64,000 nt of DNA from Candidatus Obscuribacterales bacterium (GTDB taxonomy: Bacteria > Cyanobacteriota > Vampirovibrionia > Obscuribacterales > Obscuribacteraceae), in NCBI GenBank assembly GCA_965228855.1, contig CBDDIJ010000003.1, positions 64,001-128,000 on the forward strand, in the 5' to 3' direction. The notes under the pieces were generated by a model. The model saw only the letters and a list, made by a program, of their open reading frames with translations. It ran no database searches and was not told the origin of the DNA. The position numbers were made by a program, and so were the translations under genes. Each line of letters opens with the position of its first letter. The first letter of the stretch is position 1. Positions 1 through 9,205 of this stretch are shown one piece after another.

Positions 1-2
1 TC

Positions 3-623
3 TGCGCCTACCTATCCAACCCTGACTATGTTGTGGAAACCGCAAAGGATGGCAAAGATGCCGAGTGTTTGCTCGCCGTCAGTTCGTTTGATTTGATTGT
101 GCTCGACTGGATGTTGCCGGATACGACCGGAATCGAAATTTGTCGTGAGTTTAGAGCTCGAGGTGGGCGAGCTGCAATTCTTATGTTGACTTCGCGAAGC
201 GACAGATTTGACAAAGCTGCCGGTCTTGATGCGGGTGCCGATGATTATCTGGTTAAACCGTTCGACCAGGTAGAGTTTCAAGCTCGTGTCCGAGCCTTGC
301 TGCGGCGACCGGAGTCGTGGAGCGCAAAAGTTTTAAAAGTACGTGACGTGGAGTTAGACACTGCCAATCGAAAGGTTTTTCGCGGCGGCAAAGAGATTGC
401 TCTTCGTCCTCGCGAGTACGCATTGCTCGAACTCCTGCTGCGTCATCCAGGGCAAAGTTTCACTGCAGACGCTATCTTCCGAAGGATATGGGAGTCAACC
501 TCCAGCTCCTCTGTCGAAACCGTACGCATGCACGTAATGGCTTTGCGCAAGAAGCTGGCTGATTCGGAAGAAAGTCCCTTGATAAGTTCTGCCAGAGGTC
601 TGGGCTATAGAATTGATGCTTGA
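3..623 (+). CDS. OmpR/PhoB-family response regulator (5' truncated by window edge)
   Basis: REC motifs DLIVLDWMLP and GADDYLVKPF, then a winged-helix C-terminus (LRPREYALLELL...GLGYRI). The frame is open back to nt 3. Confidence 0.93.
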   Translation, partial: CAYLSNPDYVVETAKDGKDAECLLAVSSFDLIVLDWMLPDTTGIEICREFRARGGRAAILMLTSRSDRFDKAAGLDAGADDYLVKPFDQVEFQARVRALLRRPESWSAKVLKVRDVELDTANRKVFRGGKEIALRPREYALLELLLRHPGQSFTADAIFRRIWESTSSSSVETVRMHVMALRKKLADSEESPLISSARGLGYRIDA

Positions 624-759
624 GCGATTTCTTAAATATTTGGACGGTTATCCACTGATGGCATGAAGTTGACGTTCAGTTTATGTAAGCGCCCTAAGAT
701 TTGTTGAGTGAAATCACAAATGCAGCCTACTATCGAGGGCTGCCTCTCGGAGGCCAGAA

Positions 760-963
760 ATGTCCCAAAAATACACAGATATCGTCGTGCTCGATACTTT
801 GGAAAGTGACGAGATGAAGCGCGTAATCGGTGGTCGTCGCGGCGCTGACGATCCGGCTGGTCACGATGCAAACGACGACAAAGGCGGCCGACGTGGTGGT
901 AAGGGTCGTGGACGTGGCGGCAAAGGTCGCGGCGGAGCCGACGATGGACCGAACCATACGTAA
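760..963 (+). CDS. Double-glycine-leader peptide precursor (25-aa leader + 42-aa Gly/Arg/Asp-rich core)
   Basis: GGAGG RBS at 749-753. Leader ends LESDEMKRVIGG (L-12, E-8, M-7, V-4, GG). Lies directly upstream of HlyD and near a C39 PCAT. Confidence 0.85.
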   Translation: MSQKYTDIVVLDTLESDEMKRVIGGRRGADDPAGHDANDDKGGRRGGKGRGRGGKGRGGADDGPNHT

Positions 964-984
964 GGTCTGATTCACATTCAATGT

Positions 985-1021
985 AACACCGGTAGTGCCA
1001 GTGGCATTGCCGGTGTTCTTT
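985..1021 (+). terminator. Stem-loop between precursor and hlyD (attenuator or transcript stabiliser)
   Basis: AACACCGGTAGTGCC-agt-GGCATTGCCGGTGTT, 15 bp with 2 GU pairs, followed by CTTT. Confidence 0.6.
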
Positions 1022-1034
1022 GAAGAGAGTGTAA

Positions 1035-2702
1035 ATGAACAAACCGTCTCGCAAGCGCTCATCGGAAGATGACAAAATCGTCCACCTGTCGCCGGTCCCA
1101 TCAAAGGGCCGGCCATTGTCGCGTCTGGCTCGACGCTACGGCGAGCTCGAACGGACGGAACTACTACCCGAAGTTCTCAGTTATTCGCTCTACGCTTTGC
1201 TCGCGCTGCTCTTGTGCGCTCTTGCCTGGACCGTGTTCGCGCGTGTAGAGGTGGTCGCTGTGGCTCCGGCCAAGCTCATCCCGACGGGTCACGTGAAGGT
1301 TATTCAACCGGATATTGATGGTGTCGTAGATTCCATACCTGTTGCCGAGGGACAGAAGGTCGAGGCTGGGACTGTGCTTGCGGTGCTGGAACCATCTCGC
1401 AGCCAGGCTGAGCTGGACAAACGTGATGCCGGACTGAACATCGCTAGACACGATGTCGATACGATGGCACGAGCTAAAGCTGACCTGGAAGGTTCATTGG
1501 CTAACCCTGGTGTTTCACCCTTGCAATCTGTCGACGTCGAGGGAAGCGCGCGAACAATTTCCGATTTGAACACGGCATACGTCCAATTGCGCGAAGCTGA
1601 ACTGGACAGCAAGATTGTTAGTGGTTTCGACTCTGATAGAGCGTCACTGAGTACGCAATCCGTGAGCTTGAGTGAGCAAAAGAATCTTCACCAGACGGCA
1701 CTTTGCGAACGAGCGGAAGAGCGTAAGTCTAAAGTTGCTCAAAAACGGCTGGAGTTAGAGCAGTTAAGGAAGGCGCTTGAATCCGCCAGAGTCGAACTAG
1801 GCCAGGCAAAATTGATCTTCGACGCGACCACTCAACAGGAAGAGTCTTTCCGTGGAGTATTTCAGCAAGGAGCAGTCTCCAGGGTTGATTATTTGAACAT
1901 CGTCAAAGAGGTCGAGCGCTCGCGTCGAGACGTTACGCGTCAAGAATCAGTCGTAGAAGAACTAACCAAAGAGATTGGTATCGCCGAATGTCAGCTCAGA
2001 GAGCGGATAGCCGATGACAAAGCGGCAACACTGGAGAAGAGGGCACAAATTAAGTCTCTCGATTTCGAGATAGGTAAACTGGGAGTCTTAAAGCGTGATC
2101 TTACACGAAAGCATGCCCTTGCTCTGGCATCGTTCCAGACCGCGCGTGCCAGAACATCCGCATTGCTGGCACGATTGACCGCATCGCTGGACGAACGCAG
2201 GCAGCGGCTTCGCGAAGCCGAGGCTCACCTGCGATTGGCTGACCGGGATCTAAGCGCCACTCAGATTGTCTCACCTGTCTCCGGCACCGTCACTGGTATC
2301 AGGTTGCGAGGGAAAGGTCACGTCGTGAAACGCGGCGAGAAACTGATGAGCGTTGTTCCGGAAGGAGCGGCGCTGGTGTTCGATGCTGTTGTCGCGAACA
2401 AAGATGCCGGTTTCGTCGAGGCTGGACAGGATGTAAAAATTAAGTTGACGGCCTTTCCGTTTGAAGACTTTGGAGTGTTAGAAGGCAAAGTGACTCACGT
2501 AGAGGCGACGTCTGAATCTGCCAACAGCTCCTTCTTTGTGGCGAAGGTTGAACCGAACCAACAGTTCATAATGGTGAGGGGAGAGAGACGTCCTCTGGTA
2601 AGCGGCATGACAGCAAGCTGCGAGATCGTTACCAGAAATCGTCCGGTGATGAACATCCTATTTGAGCCGTTTCGCAGAATGCAGGAAACTCGCTGGCAAT
2701 AG
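1035..2702 (+). CDS. HlyD-family type I secretion periplasmic adaptor
   Basis: N-terminal TM, KVIQPDIDGVV, long coiled coil, IVSPVSGTV, VKIKLTAFPFEDFG, LVSGMTASCEI. Confidence 0.93.
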   Translation: MNKPSRKRSSEDDKIVHLSPVPSKGRPLSRLARRYGELERTELLPEVLSYSLYALLALLLCALAWTVFARVEVVAVAPAKLIPTGHVKVIQPDIDGVVDSIPVAEGQKVEAGTVLAVLEPSRSQAELDKRDAGLNIARHDVDTMARAKADLEGSLANPGVSPLQSVDVEGSARTISDLNTAYVQLREAELDSKIVSGFDSDRASLSTQSVSLSEQKNLHQTALCERAEERKSKVAQKRLELEQLRKALESARVELGQAKLIFDATTQQEESFRGVFQQGAVSRVDYLNIVKEVERSRRDVTRQESVVEELTKEIGIAECQLRERIADDKAATLEKRAQIKSLDFEIGKLGVLKRDLTRKHALALASFQTARARTSALLARLTASLDERRQRLREAEAHLRLADRDLSATQIVSPVSGTVTGIRLRGKGHVVKRGEKLMSVVPEGAALVFDAVVANKDAGFVEAGQDVKIKLTAFPFEDFGVLEGKVTHVEATSESANSSFFVAKVEPNQQFIMVRGERRPLVSGMTASCEIVTRNRPVMNILFEPFRRMQETRWQ

Positions 2703-5423
2703 TCAGCTAATGCTAGCCTGAGACCAGAGGTGGTAATAGAGACCTTTCATTCCAAGGAGCTCTTCGTGACTGCCAGCTTCTACCACCTCGCCACGGTCAA
2801 GCACGAGAATTCTGTCGGCGTCACGAATTGTCGAAAGGCGATGTGCCACCACGAATAGTGTCCTGTCTTTTCTCAACTTTTGCATGTTATCTTGCAACGC
2901 TTTCTCTGAATCATAGTCCAAAAAACTGCTCGCCTCATCGAAGAGGAGAATTTTCGGATCGTGCAAAAGAGCGCGGGCAATGCAGAGGCGTTGTCGTTGT
3001 CCGCCGGAAAGATTTATGCCGCCCTCGGAAACCTCGTATTGATACGACTTGGGCAGGGTATTTATGAAGTCGTGAATCCCGGCAAGTTTCGCCGCATCTA
3101 TCACGTCCTGATTCGAGGCCTGCGGATTGTAGAAGGCAATGGTATCAAATATGGTTCCGCGAAAAAGGTAATCTTGTTGAGATACAACTCCTAACTGCCG
3201 GCGAAAGTCTCTCAAGGAGAGATGTTTCAGATCGTGACCATCGACCAGTATGCGCCCCTCGGAAGGCAAATAGAGACCCTGCAACAGCTTGAGCAACGTG
3301 GTCTTACCGCATCCGCTCCTCCCGACTATTCCCACCATCTCTCCGGGTTTCACCGAGAAAGTAAGGTTTTGAACGGCGTTCACATCAGTGTTGCTAGGAT
3401 AGCGAAATGTGACGTTCGCAAATTCAATGTTGCCCTGGACGACGACATTCAACTTGCTTTCTGGTTGAGTTTCTTCCGGCTCAGAGTCCAGCACTTCACT
3501 TATCCGATCGAACGACACTCCCAGATCCTGAACCTCATCCCAGATGTCGACTAGATAAATTATTGGTTGCGTGATTCTTCCTACGATCATCGTTAGCGCC
3601 ATGAGTTGACCGATGGATAATTTATCCTGCATCACCAGTTGAGCACCAAACCATAGAAGCAGTATGCCGCCTATCAGGTGAACAAACTCCGCAGCCATGC
3701 CGGTAAAGCGCGATACCAGCGTTCCTCGATAGCGAGTGTTCAATGCGTCGATAAATAATTCTTCCCAGGCCCAGCGCGTGCGATTTTCCGAAGCAGCCGA
3801 TTTAATCCGCTCAACGCCTCGAATTGCTTCGATTGAGAAAGAATTACTGGCCACCTGCTTTTGAAAAATCTTCAGCATCAATCCACGCAACCAGGGCGTG
3901 ACAATTACCAGAATAGCTGTGAATAGCAAAACGTAGAACACTACTCCGATCCCGAAGGACCAGCTGTAGAGAAAAACCAGCGCGAGGTAAAACACGGCCA
4001 TTAGCATATCGACAGAAGTAGTCAGCGCTGACCCGGAAATGAAATTTTGAATTTTTCGATTTTCTTGCAATCTTGAAATGATGTCGCCAGTGGTGTGCTC
4101 TTCGAAAAAGGAAAGCGGCAGACTGAGAAGGTGCTTGAAGAATCTGGTGAACAATGTCTGGTCGAGTTTAACGGCGACGAATGCCACAAGGTAAACTCGA
4201 ATTGACGAAATCAGCGTTTGAAACAGAATTAAAATCACGACGCCAAGCACGAGCATATTAAGCATCGTGATACTTTTGTGAACTAAAACCCTATCTACGA
4301 CCAATTGCGTAAATAGCGGAATTGACAGGGATAGCATCTGCACCGCTAAAGAGGCTGCCGCGATGTCGATAATCGTTTTCCTGTGCGGAGTAAGAAGCTT
4401 CAAATACCGCGCCAGGGGAAACGACTCTTTCTCACCTTTGCTAAGGGTTGGTAGTGGTGAGAGCTCCAGCGCATACATGCTGAAGTGGGTCGAAAAATCG
4501 TCACGACTGATTGTTGTCAGTTCGTTAGCGGGATCCGCTATCAACGCTTCTGTTTTGTCTATTTCATAAAGCACAACGAAGTGATTGCTGTCCCAATGGC
4601 AAATTAGAGGAAGCCTGGCGCGAAGCAATCCGTCATATGAGGCTCGTAAGCCGCGGCTTATAAAACCGAGCTTTTCTGCGGCTTCCGACATTGAAGACAG
4701 ATCTGTGCCCTGAGATGTTAATCCGACAAGTTCTCTAAGTCTCTTGTGACTGACGTTCATTCCGTGGTGTTTCAAAACCATAGTCATACAGGCAATGCCG
4801 CAGTCCATCGGACTTCGCTGCAGGACCATTGGATACATCTTGAACTTTCTTCTGATGAAACCTTTAAAGGTAACGTCCTCTGTTGACGTCTCATTGAGGT
4901 CGTTCGCTATATTTTGAGTCTGTGGAACTTCGCTCTGTTGCGAACTTTGCGCAGCCTCGTTGGCTTCAGGGCGCGATGCTTGCTTGGAGGAATTGTTGCC
5001 GGGGCGTTTCCAATTTGAGTTAGCTTCCGTCTTTATTTGCAGTGCCGAGGTCCGGAGCTTCGATTCCATCTCGGGATTTTTGGCGAGCCACTCTCTAATG
5101 CATTCCTGAGATACTTTCAAGAGCTCCGTGTTGGTCGCCGAGCGTGCTGCTGTCTCCGTAATTCCTTTCAGGAAAACGGATTCTAAGCCTATAAAATCGT
5201 GAGTTTGCTCGATAACGGCAACTGTTTTTTCTTCACCTGAGTGACTCTGGAATAATCGAACCTTGCCGTTTAAAAGTACATAGACGCACTCCAGCTGGGT
5301 GCCTTCGTCGTAAAGCATGTCTCCCAGTTGAAGCTTTATACGCTCACCGGCATCAATAATCTCTAGCGGAATACTAAAACCGTTGTGCTTGTTGTTACCG
5401 TCCCCTGCCATGATCACCGTCAT
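2703..5423 (-). CDS. Peptidase-containing ABC transporter (cNMP-binding + C39 + ABC membrane + NBD)
   Basis: cNMP-like N-terminus; C39 residues QRSPMDCG, HFVVL, ADP intact; Walker A GRSGCGKT, LSGGQRQR, ILLFDE. Confidence 0.95.
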   Translation of the reverse strand: MTVIMAGDGNNKHNGFSIPLEIIDAGERIKLQLGDMLYDEGTQLECVYVLLNGKVRLFQSHSGEEKTVAVIEQTHDFIGLESVFLKGITETAARSATNTELLKVSQECIREWLAKNPEMESKLRTSALQIKTEANSNWKRPGNNSSKQASRPEANEAAQSSQQSEVPQTQNIANDLNETSTEDVTFKGFIRRKFKMYPMVLQRSPMDCGIACMTMVLKHHGMNVSHKRLRELVGLTSQGTDLSSMSEAAEKLGFISRGLRASYDGLLRARLPLICHWDSNHFVVLYEIDKTEALIADPANELTTISRDDFSTHFSMYALELSPLPTLSKGEKESFPLARYLKLLTPHRKTIIDIAAASLAVQMLSLSIPLFTQLVVDRVLVHKSITMLNMLVLGVVILILFQTLISSIRVYLVAFVAVKLDQTLFTRFFKHLLSLPLSFFEEHTTGDIISRLQENRKIQNFISGSALTTSVDMLMAVFYLALVFLYSWSFGIGVVFYVLLFTAILVIVTPWLRGLMLKIFQKQVASNSFSIEAIRGVERIKSAASENRTRWAWEELFIDALNTRYRGTLVSRFTGMAAEFVHLIGGILLLWFGAQLVMQDKLSIGQLMALTMIVGRITQPIIYLVDIWDEVQDLGVSFDRISEVLDSEPEETQPESKLNVVVQGNIEFANVTFRYPSNTDVNAVQNLTFSVKPGEMVGIVGRSGCGKTTLLKLLQGLYLPSEGRILVDGHDLKHLSLRDFRRQLGVVSQQDYLFRGTIFDTIAFYNPQASNQDVIDAAKLAGIHDFINTLPKSYQYEVSEGGINLSGGQRQRLCIARALLHDPKILLFDEASSFLDYDSEKALQDNMQKLRKDRTLFVVAHRLSTIRDADRILVLDRGEVVEAGSHEELLGMKGLYYHLWSQASIS

Positions 5424-5470
5424 CGAGTAACAACTAGTTTATTCCATTTTTTCGCAGTTGCCAGCGGTTG

Positions 5471-6235
5471 CTATTCAAGTCCTTGAGATATCAGCCACGT
5501 GTTTAAGGAGTTTTGAAGCCATTCGTTCAACAACAATTCGGAGATTTCCTCTTCTATATCCTCAGTGAGTTCCGCTCGGAAAACCCCTTCAACTTTGTAA
5601 AGATGATAATTCGAGGCTACCTTGAGGGGACCAATTAAATCTGCCCGTTCAGGAGAAAACGCTTGCGATTCTAGTTCTGCAGCCAGCTTGTCTCGGCGTA
5701 AGCGACCAAGGTATCCGCACTTTGCCCGCGTGGCGTGTTCTGTACTGTAGGTGTGCGCCAGTTCGAAAAAGCTTTCTCCTTCCATAATCTGAGCTTTCAA
5801 TTCTTTAGCGGTCCCCTGTGTTTTGCAGACTATTCTATAAAGCTCTACTTCATCGAATTTCATTCGATTCATCGAGAAATAGCGCTCAACTGCTACTACA
5901 CCGGCAATGGATTTCTTGAATAAATCAATCAGAGCTTCCTTGCGCGCCCAGTCTCTAAGAGCGTCATCGGAAATTTTGACAGTCGCCAACCAGCTTTCCG
6001 TTTCGACTGCTGTAAATAATTTCCGCGATTTTCTGATGTCAGTGATTGCCGCATCCACGTCGTCCTCGTGCGGCTCGAAGCCATTATCCTTGCAGAAACG
6101 CTCGGCAATAAGCGCTAGTAGAGGATCGGCCAGAACAGATTCTTGACGAGTCAGTATGAGCGCGTCGATTGTTTCTGCCAGCGAAAGATTCTTTTCTAGG
6201 AAGTCCCGTGTTTGCTTGCTGATTGTGAAGGCCAT
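5471..6235 (-). CDS. PpiC/parvulin-type peptidyl-prolyl isomerase (T1SS-associated)
   Basis: FFELAHTYS...CGYLG...LIGP...YHLYKV rotamase pattern. ATG at 6235 chosen over the longer ORF start at 6268. Confidence 0.85.
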   Translation of the reverse strand: MAFTISKQTRDFLEKNLSLAETIDALILTRQESVLADPLLALIAERFCKDNGFEPHEDDVDAAITDIRKSRKLFTAVETESWLATVKISDDALRDWARKEALIDLFKKSIAGVVAVERYFSMNRMKFDEVELYRIVCKTQGTAKELKAQIMEGESFFELAHTYSTEHATRAKCGYLGRLRRDKLAAELESQAFSPERADLIGPLKVASNYHLYKVEGVFRAELTEDIEEEISELLLNEWLQNSLNTWLISQGLE

Positions 6236-6398
6236 CACCGAAATATACGCGATTTCGCTACTTGACAATGCTGATTTGCCACCAGTATATTTTGATCACA
6301 TTTAAACGCGCTTACCACTGGACAGTTGTTACTCGAAACCGTTTTTCGGTTATGAGATAGCTCCCTAAATGTGCTCATCGGGCACTCGGAGATAGACT

Positions 6399-6929
6399 TT
6401 GGCGAACCTCTTTGACAAGAATGATGTTCAGATTGAATCGTTTCCATACGAGATACATCACACTGATCGTGAGGCACCGGAACTCGCATGTCCGCGGTGT
6501 GGGCACGTTCAAGCTCGCAGAAAACGTCAGGTTTGTGGTGGCTGCAATCACTTGATACCAGTGGAGAAATGTCGCCAGAGTTGGACTAATTTACCGACGG
6601 CGAAAGATAGTTACCGGAAGATGGCGCAAGTTTTCTTCGATGAAGGAAAAACGCGTGACTTCAGGAGCTCGCGAGGCAATTTCGGCTGGAAAGTGTTTAT
6701 CCGAAATGTCGTGGTAACGTTTTTCGTGGCGGCACTAGTTATGGTGCCAACCGTTTACGGCTTGCGTGCTTACGTGGGCGAGAAGGACTGGAAGAAAGTC
6801 GAGAATCGATTCGATGCGGTGATTGGACCCGCCTTTCATCGTATCAACGTTAATCCCAAGATTGCGTCTAAACCGCAAGACGCTAAGCCGAAAATTGCAA
6901 AACGGCAACGACCCCGCCGCCATCACTAG
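6399..6929 (+). CDS. Hypothetical membrane protein with zinc ribbon
   Basis: CPRC...CGGC, one hydrophobic helix, basic tail. Confidence 0.65.
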   Translation: MANLFDKNDVQIESFPYEIHHTDREAPELACPRCGHVQARRKRQVCGGCNHLIPVEKCRQSWTNLPTAKDSYRKMAQVFFDEGKTRDFRSSRGNFGWKVFIRNVVVTFFVAALVMVPTVYGLRAYVGEKDWKKVENRFDAVIGPAFHRINVNPKIASKPQDAKPKIAKRQRPRRHH

Positions 6930-6936
6930 TTCAAAA

Positions 6937-8961
6937 CTAAAGTGTTGGCGAGCTGCCTGTTTCCGAAATCTGTGTCGGATCTTCTTCCACTACTTTTGGA
7001 GTGATGAGCAGCATCAACTCGGTTCGGTTTCGGCCTTTAAACGTGGTTCGGAAGAATGCGCCGAGAACTGGCATTTCAGCGAAGTACGGAACTTTGGACA
7101 GAATCGCCGCTTCCTGTTCGGTGAATAAACCGCCAATGGTTATCGTCTGTCCGTCCTTGATTCGAATTTCTTGCGTGATGATATCGCGCACGTTCAGCAA
7201 AGTGACTGTCGTCTGGTTGGCGCCCTGACCGAAGGTTTGCGGCGCTCCCAGTGGAGTGGAGACTTGTGGACGGATGCGGACTCTGACGAAACCGTCTTCG
7301 GTGACTTTAGGTAGCACGTTTAAAAAGATTCCGGCTTTCGCCAGCTCAACGTTTGTCGTTACGACACCCAAACTTACTGTAGATGTGACTTTGTGGACAA
7401 CTTCGTTGGCAATCGTGATCAATGCCTCTGTGTTGTCTACGACTACCAGGCTGGGATTCGCTATGACTTTTGCTTTGTTGGTCTGAAGCAGCAATTGCAA
7501 GTTCAAATTCACGGCGGTTGGCATTGTTGCAATGTTGGCGGCGCCACCGCCGCTGCCACCAAGGGTGAGGAAGTCGAAGCCACTAGCCGAGCTGGGAACT
7601 GGCTGGACGCCTGCGATGCTCGGGAAAACTGTCGGCAGAAGCGAGCCGACTAAACCTGTGAAGGCCGTGCCCGCATTAGTGGGTGTCGTGCTGTTGCCCG
7701 TGAAAGGAATACTCGGGTTAGTGGGGTTTGCTATGCCAGAACCGTTGACCGGACTTCCCAAGCCGGGTAGAAATGATAGTAGAGGAGCGGCCGAGTTCCC
7801 CATGATAGAAGCCGATACGCCCTGACCCTGGACGTTGAACGTGCTGCCCAGAAGTCGTACTCCCTGGTTGTTCAGTTCAACGAGCGACGCCTGAATGTGA
7901 ACTTGCTTGGGCCGGCGATCGATCATGCGAATTGCTTCTTCTGCAATCAGTACGTCCTGTTCGGTCCCGACCACAATTACTTGTCGTCCTTTAGAATCAG
8001 GAATAATAATCGTGCCACCATCATTCGGTTGCACTATGTAATCCGCGCTTATCTCTTGCAGTTGTCTGACTTGCTGGGTGCCCGGGTCGACGGCGGCGTT
8101 GTTGAATCCTACGCCCTCTTGAACCTGTTCGCGGGAAGAGCCGCGCATGGTCTTGGGTTGCTGGTCTCGGCTTACTTGTGTTTCGAATTCCGACTCTACC
8201 GTGACGTCGTCGCCATCTCCGCCGCCACCGCCGGCGCTACCATCACCTTTGGTGGCAGTTTTCGAGCGTTCTTTAAAGTCGGGGACGTAACCTCGGTTGA
8301 AGATTGAGGCTTGCAAAATCTGAGCGACATCGAAGGGATGGGCATAACTCAATTTAAATGCGCGTGCAACTGGTCGGTTTAATCCAAGTTGCACCATCGC
8401 TTGCAACGTGCCGACGATTACCGTGCTGCTGTCCAGTGTTCGGCTTTCTAGCCCAGCTGCGGCAAGCACGCTGTCCATTGCCTCGTTCAACGTTACATCG
8501 GTAAGTTCACCGGTAATTTTTCCGGTGACCGATTTGTCGACGATTATATTGAGATTGCCGCGCCTCGCGATCTCTGAAATCACCTCGCGCACCGGGGTAT
8601 CTCTGAAGCTCAAATGGTGAATCAAATTGGATTGCACAAACAGTTTGAACGGTTTGCGAATTTGAACCGTGCCGGTTACTGATGGCGTCCGCTTCAATTG
8701 ACTGGTTGGCTTAACAGCTGGAAGAGATTGGGCTAATTGCTTTCCGTCTGCCGACGTTGCTTCCGGCAAACTCGGCGTCACCTGAGCGATCGCAGGAGTG
8801 ATTGTCGATGCGGAGAGCGCCAGAGCGGCGATTACAGTTTTTGACGATAAAGAGAACGGTTTCGTTTCACAAGTATTTCGAGCATCGACTAGTGACACCA
8901 AAAATGGTGCCAGCACTTTTTTTAGAGATTTCGCTCGAGGTGAGAAACTTCGGCGAAGCAT
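6937..8961 (-). CDS. Secretin (PilQ/GspD family)
   Basis: STN-like LSFRDTPVREVI; QVHIQASLVE, AKVIANP, KDGQTITIGGL, SKVPYFAEMPVLGAFFR, RTELMLLITPKVV. Confidence 0.92.
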   Translation of the reverse strand: MLRRSFSPRAKSLKKVLAPFLVSLVDARNTCETKPFSLSSKTVIAALALSASTITPAIAQVTPSLPEATSADGKQLAQSLPAVKPTSQLKRTPSVTGTVQIRKPFKLFVQSNLIHHLSFRDTPVREVISEIARRGNLNIIVDKSVTGKITGELTDVTLNEAMDSVLAAAGLESRTLDSSTVIVGTLQAMVQLGLNRPVARAFKLSYAHPFDVAQILQASIFNRGYVPDFKERSKTATKGDGSAGGGGGDGDDVTVESEFETQVSRDQQPKTMRGSSREQVQEGVGFNNAAVDPGTQQVRQLQEISADYIVQPNDGGTIIIPDSKGRQVIVVGTEQDVLIAEEAIRMIDRRPKQVHIQASLVELNNQGVRLLGSTFNVQGQGVSASIMGNSAAPLLSFLPGLGSPVNGSGIANPTNPSIPFTGNSTTPTNAGTAFTGLVGSLLPTVFPSIAGVQPVPSSASGFDFLTLGGSGGGAANIATMPTAVNLNLQLLLQTNKAKVIANPSLVVVDNTEALITIANEVVHKVTSTVSLGVVTTNVELAKAGIFLNVLPKVTEDGFVRVRIRPQVSTPLGAPQTFGQGANQTTVTLLNVRDIITQEIRIKDGQTITIGGLFTEQEAAILSKVPYFAEMPVLGAFFRTTFKGRNRTELMLLITPKVVEEDPTQISETGSSPTL

Positions 8962-9205
8962 GATGTTTCCTGGATTTTTGACATTTTCATTGTAGCGCGA
9001 TAACTGGAATTTGCAATTGAATCACCTTATGTGGTACCGCTTGTGATTGAAACTATATGTGGTGCATATTTGTTTAGGGTTTGAATGGGGGCGAATGGGG
9101 GTGAATCGTTCACTCTGAAAGTGAACTAGGTTCAAAACTGTTTTATGCAAATAAGTTCACCGACAGCATTAGCTCGAGGTGTTAGATGCTGGAAACCCTC
9201 TCCGG

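Noticed and set aside
6937..8961. Secretin as outer-membrane channel of the peptide exporter
   Set aside because: HlyD-type systems use TolC-family channels; adjacency is not evidence.
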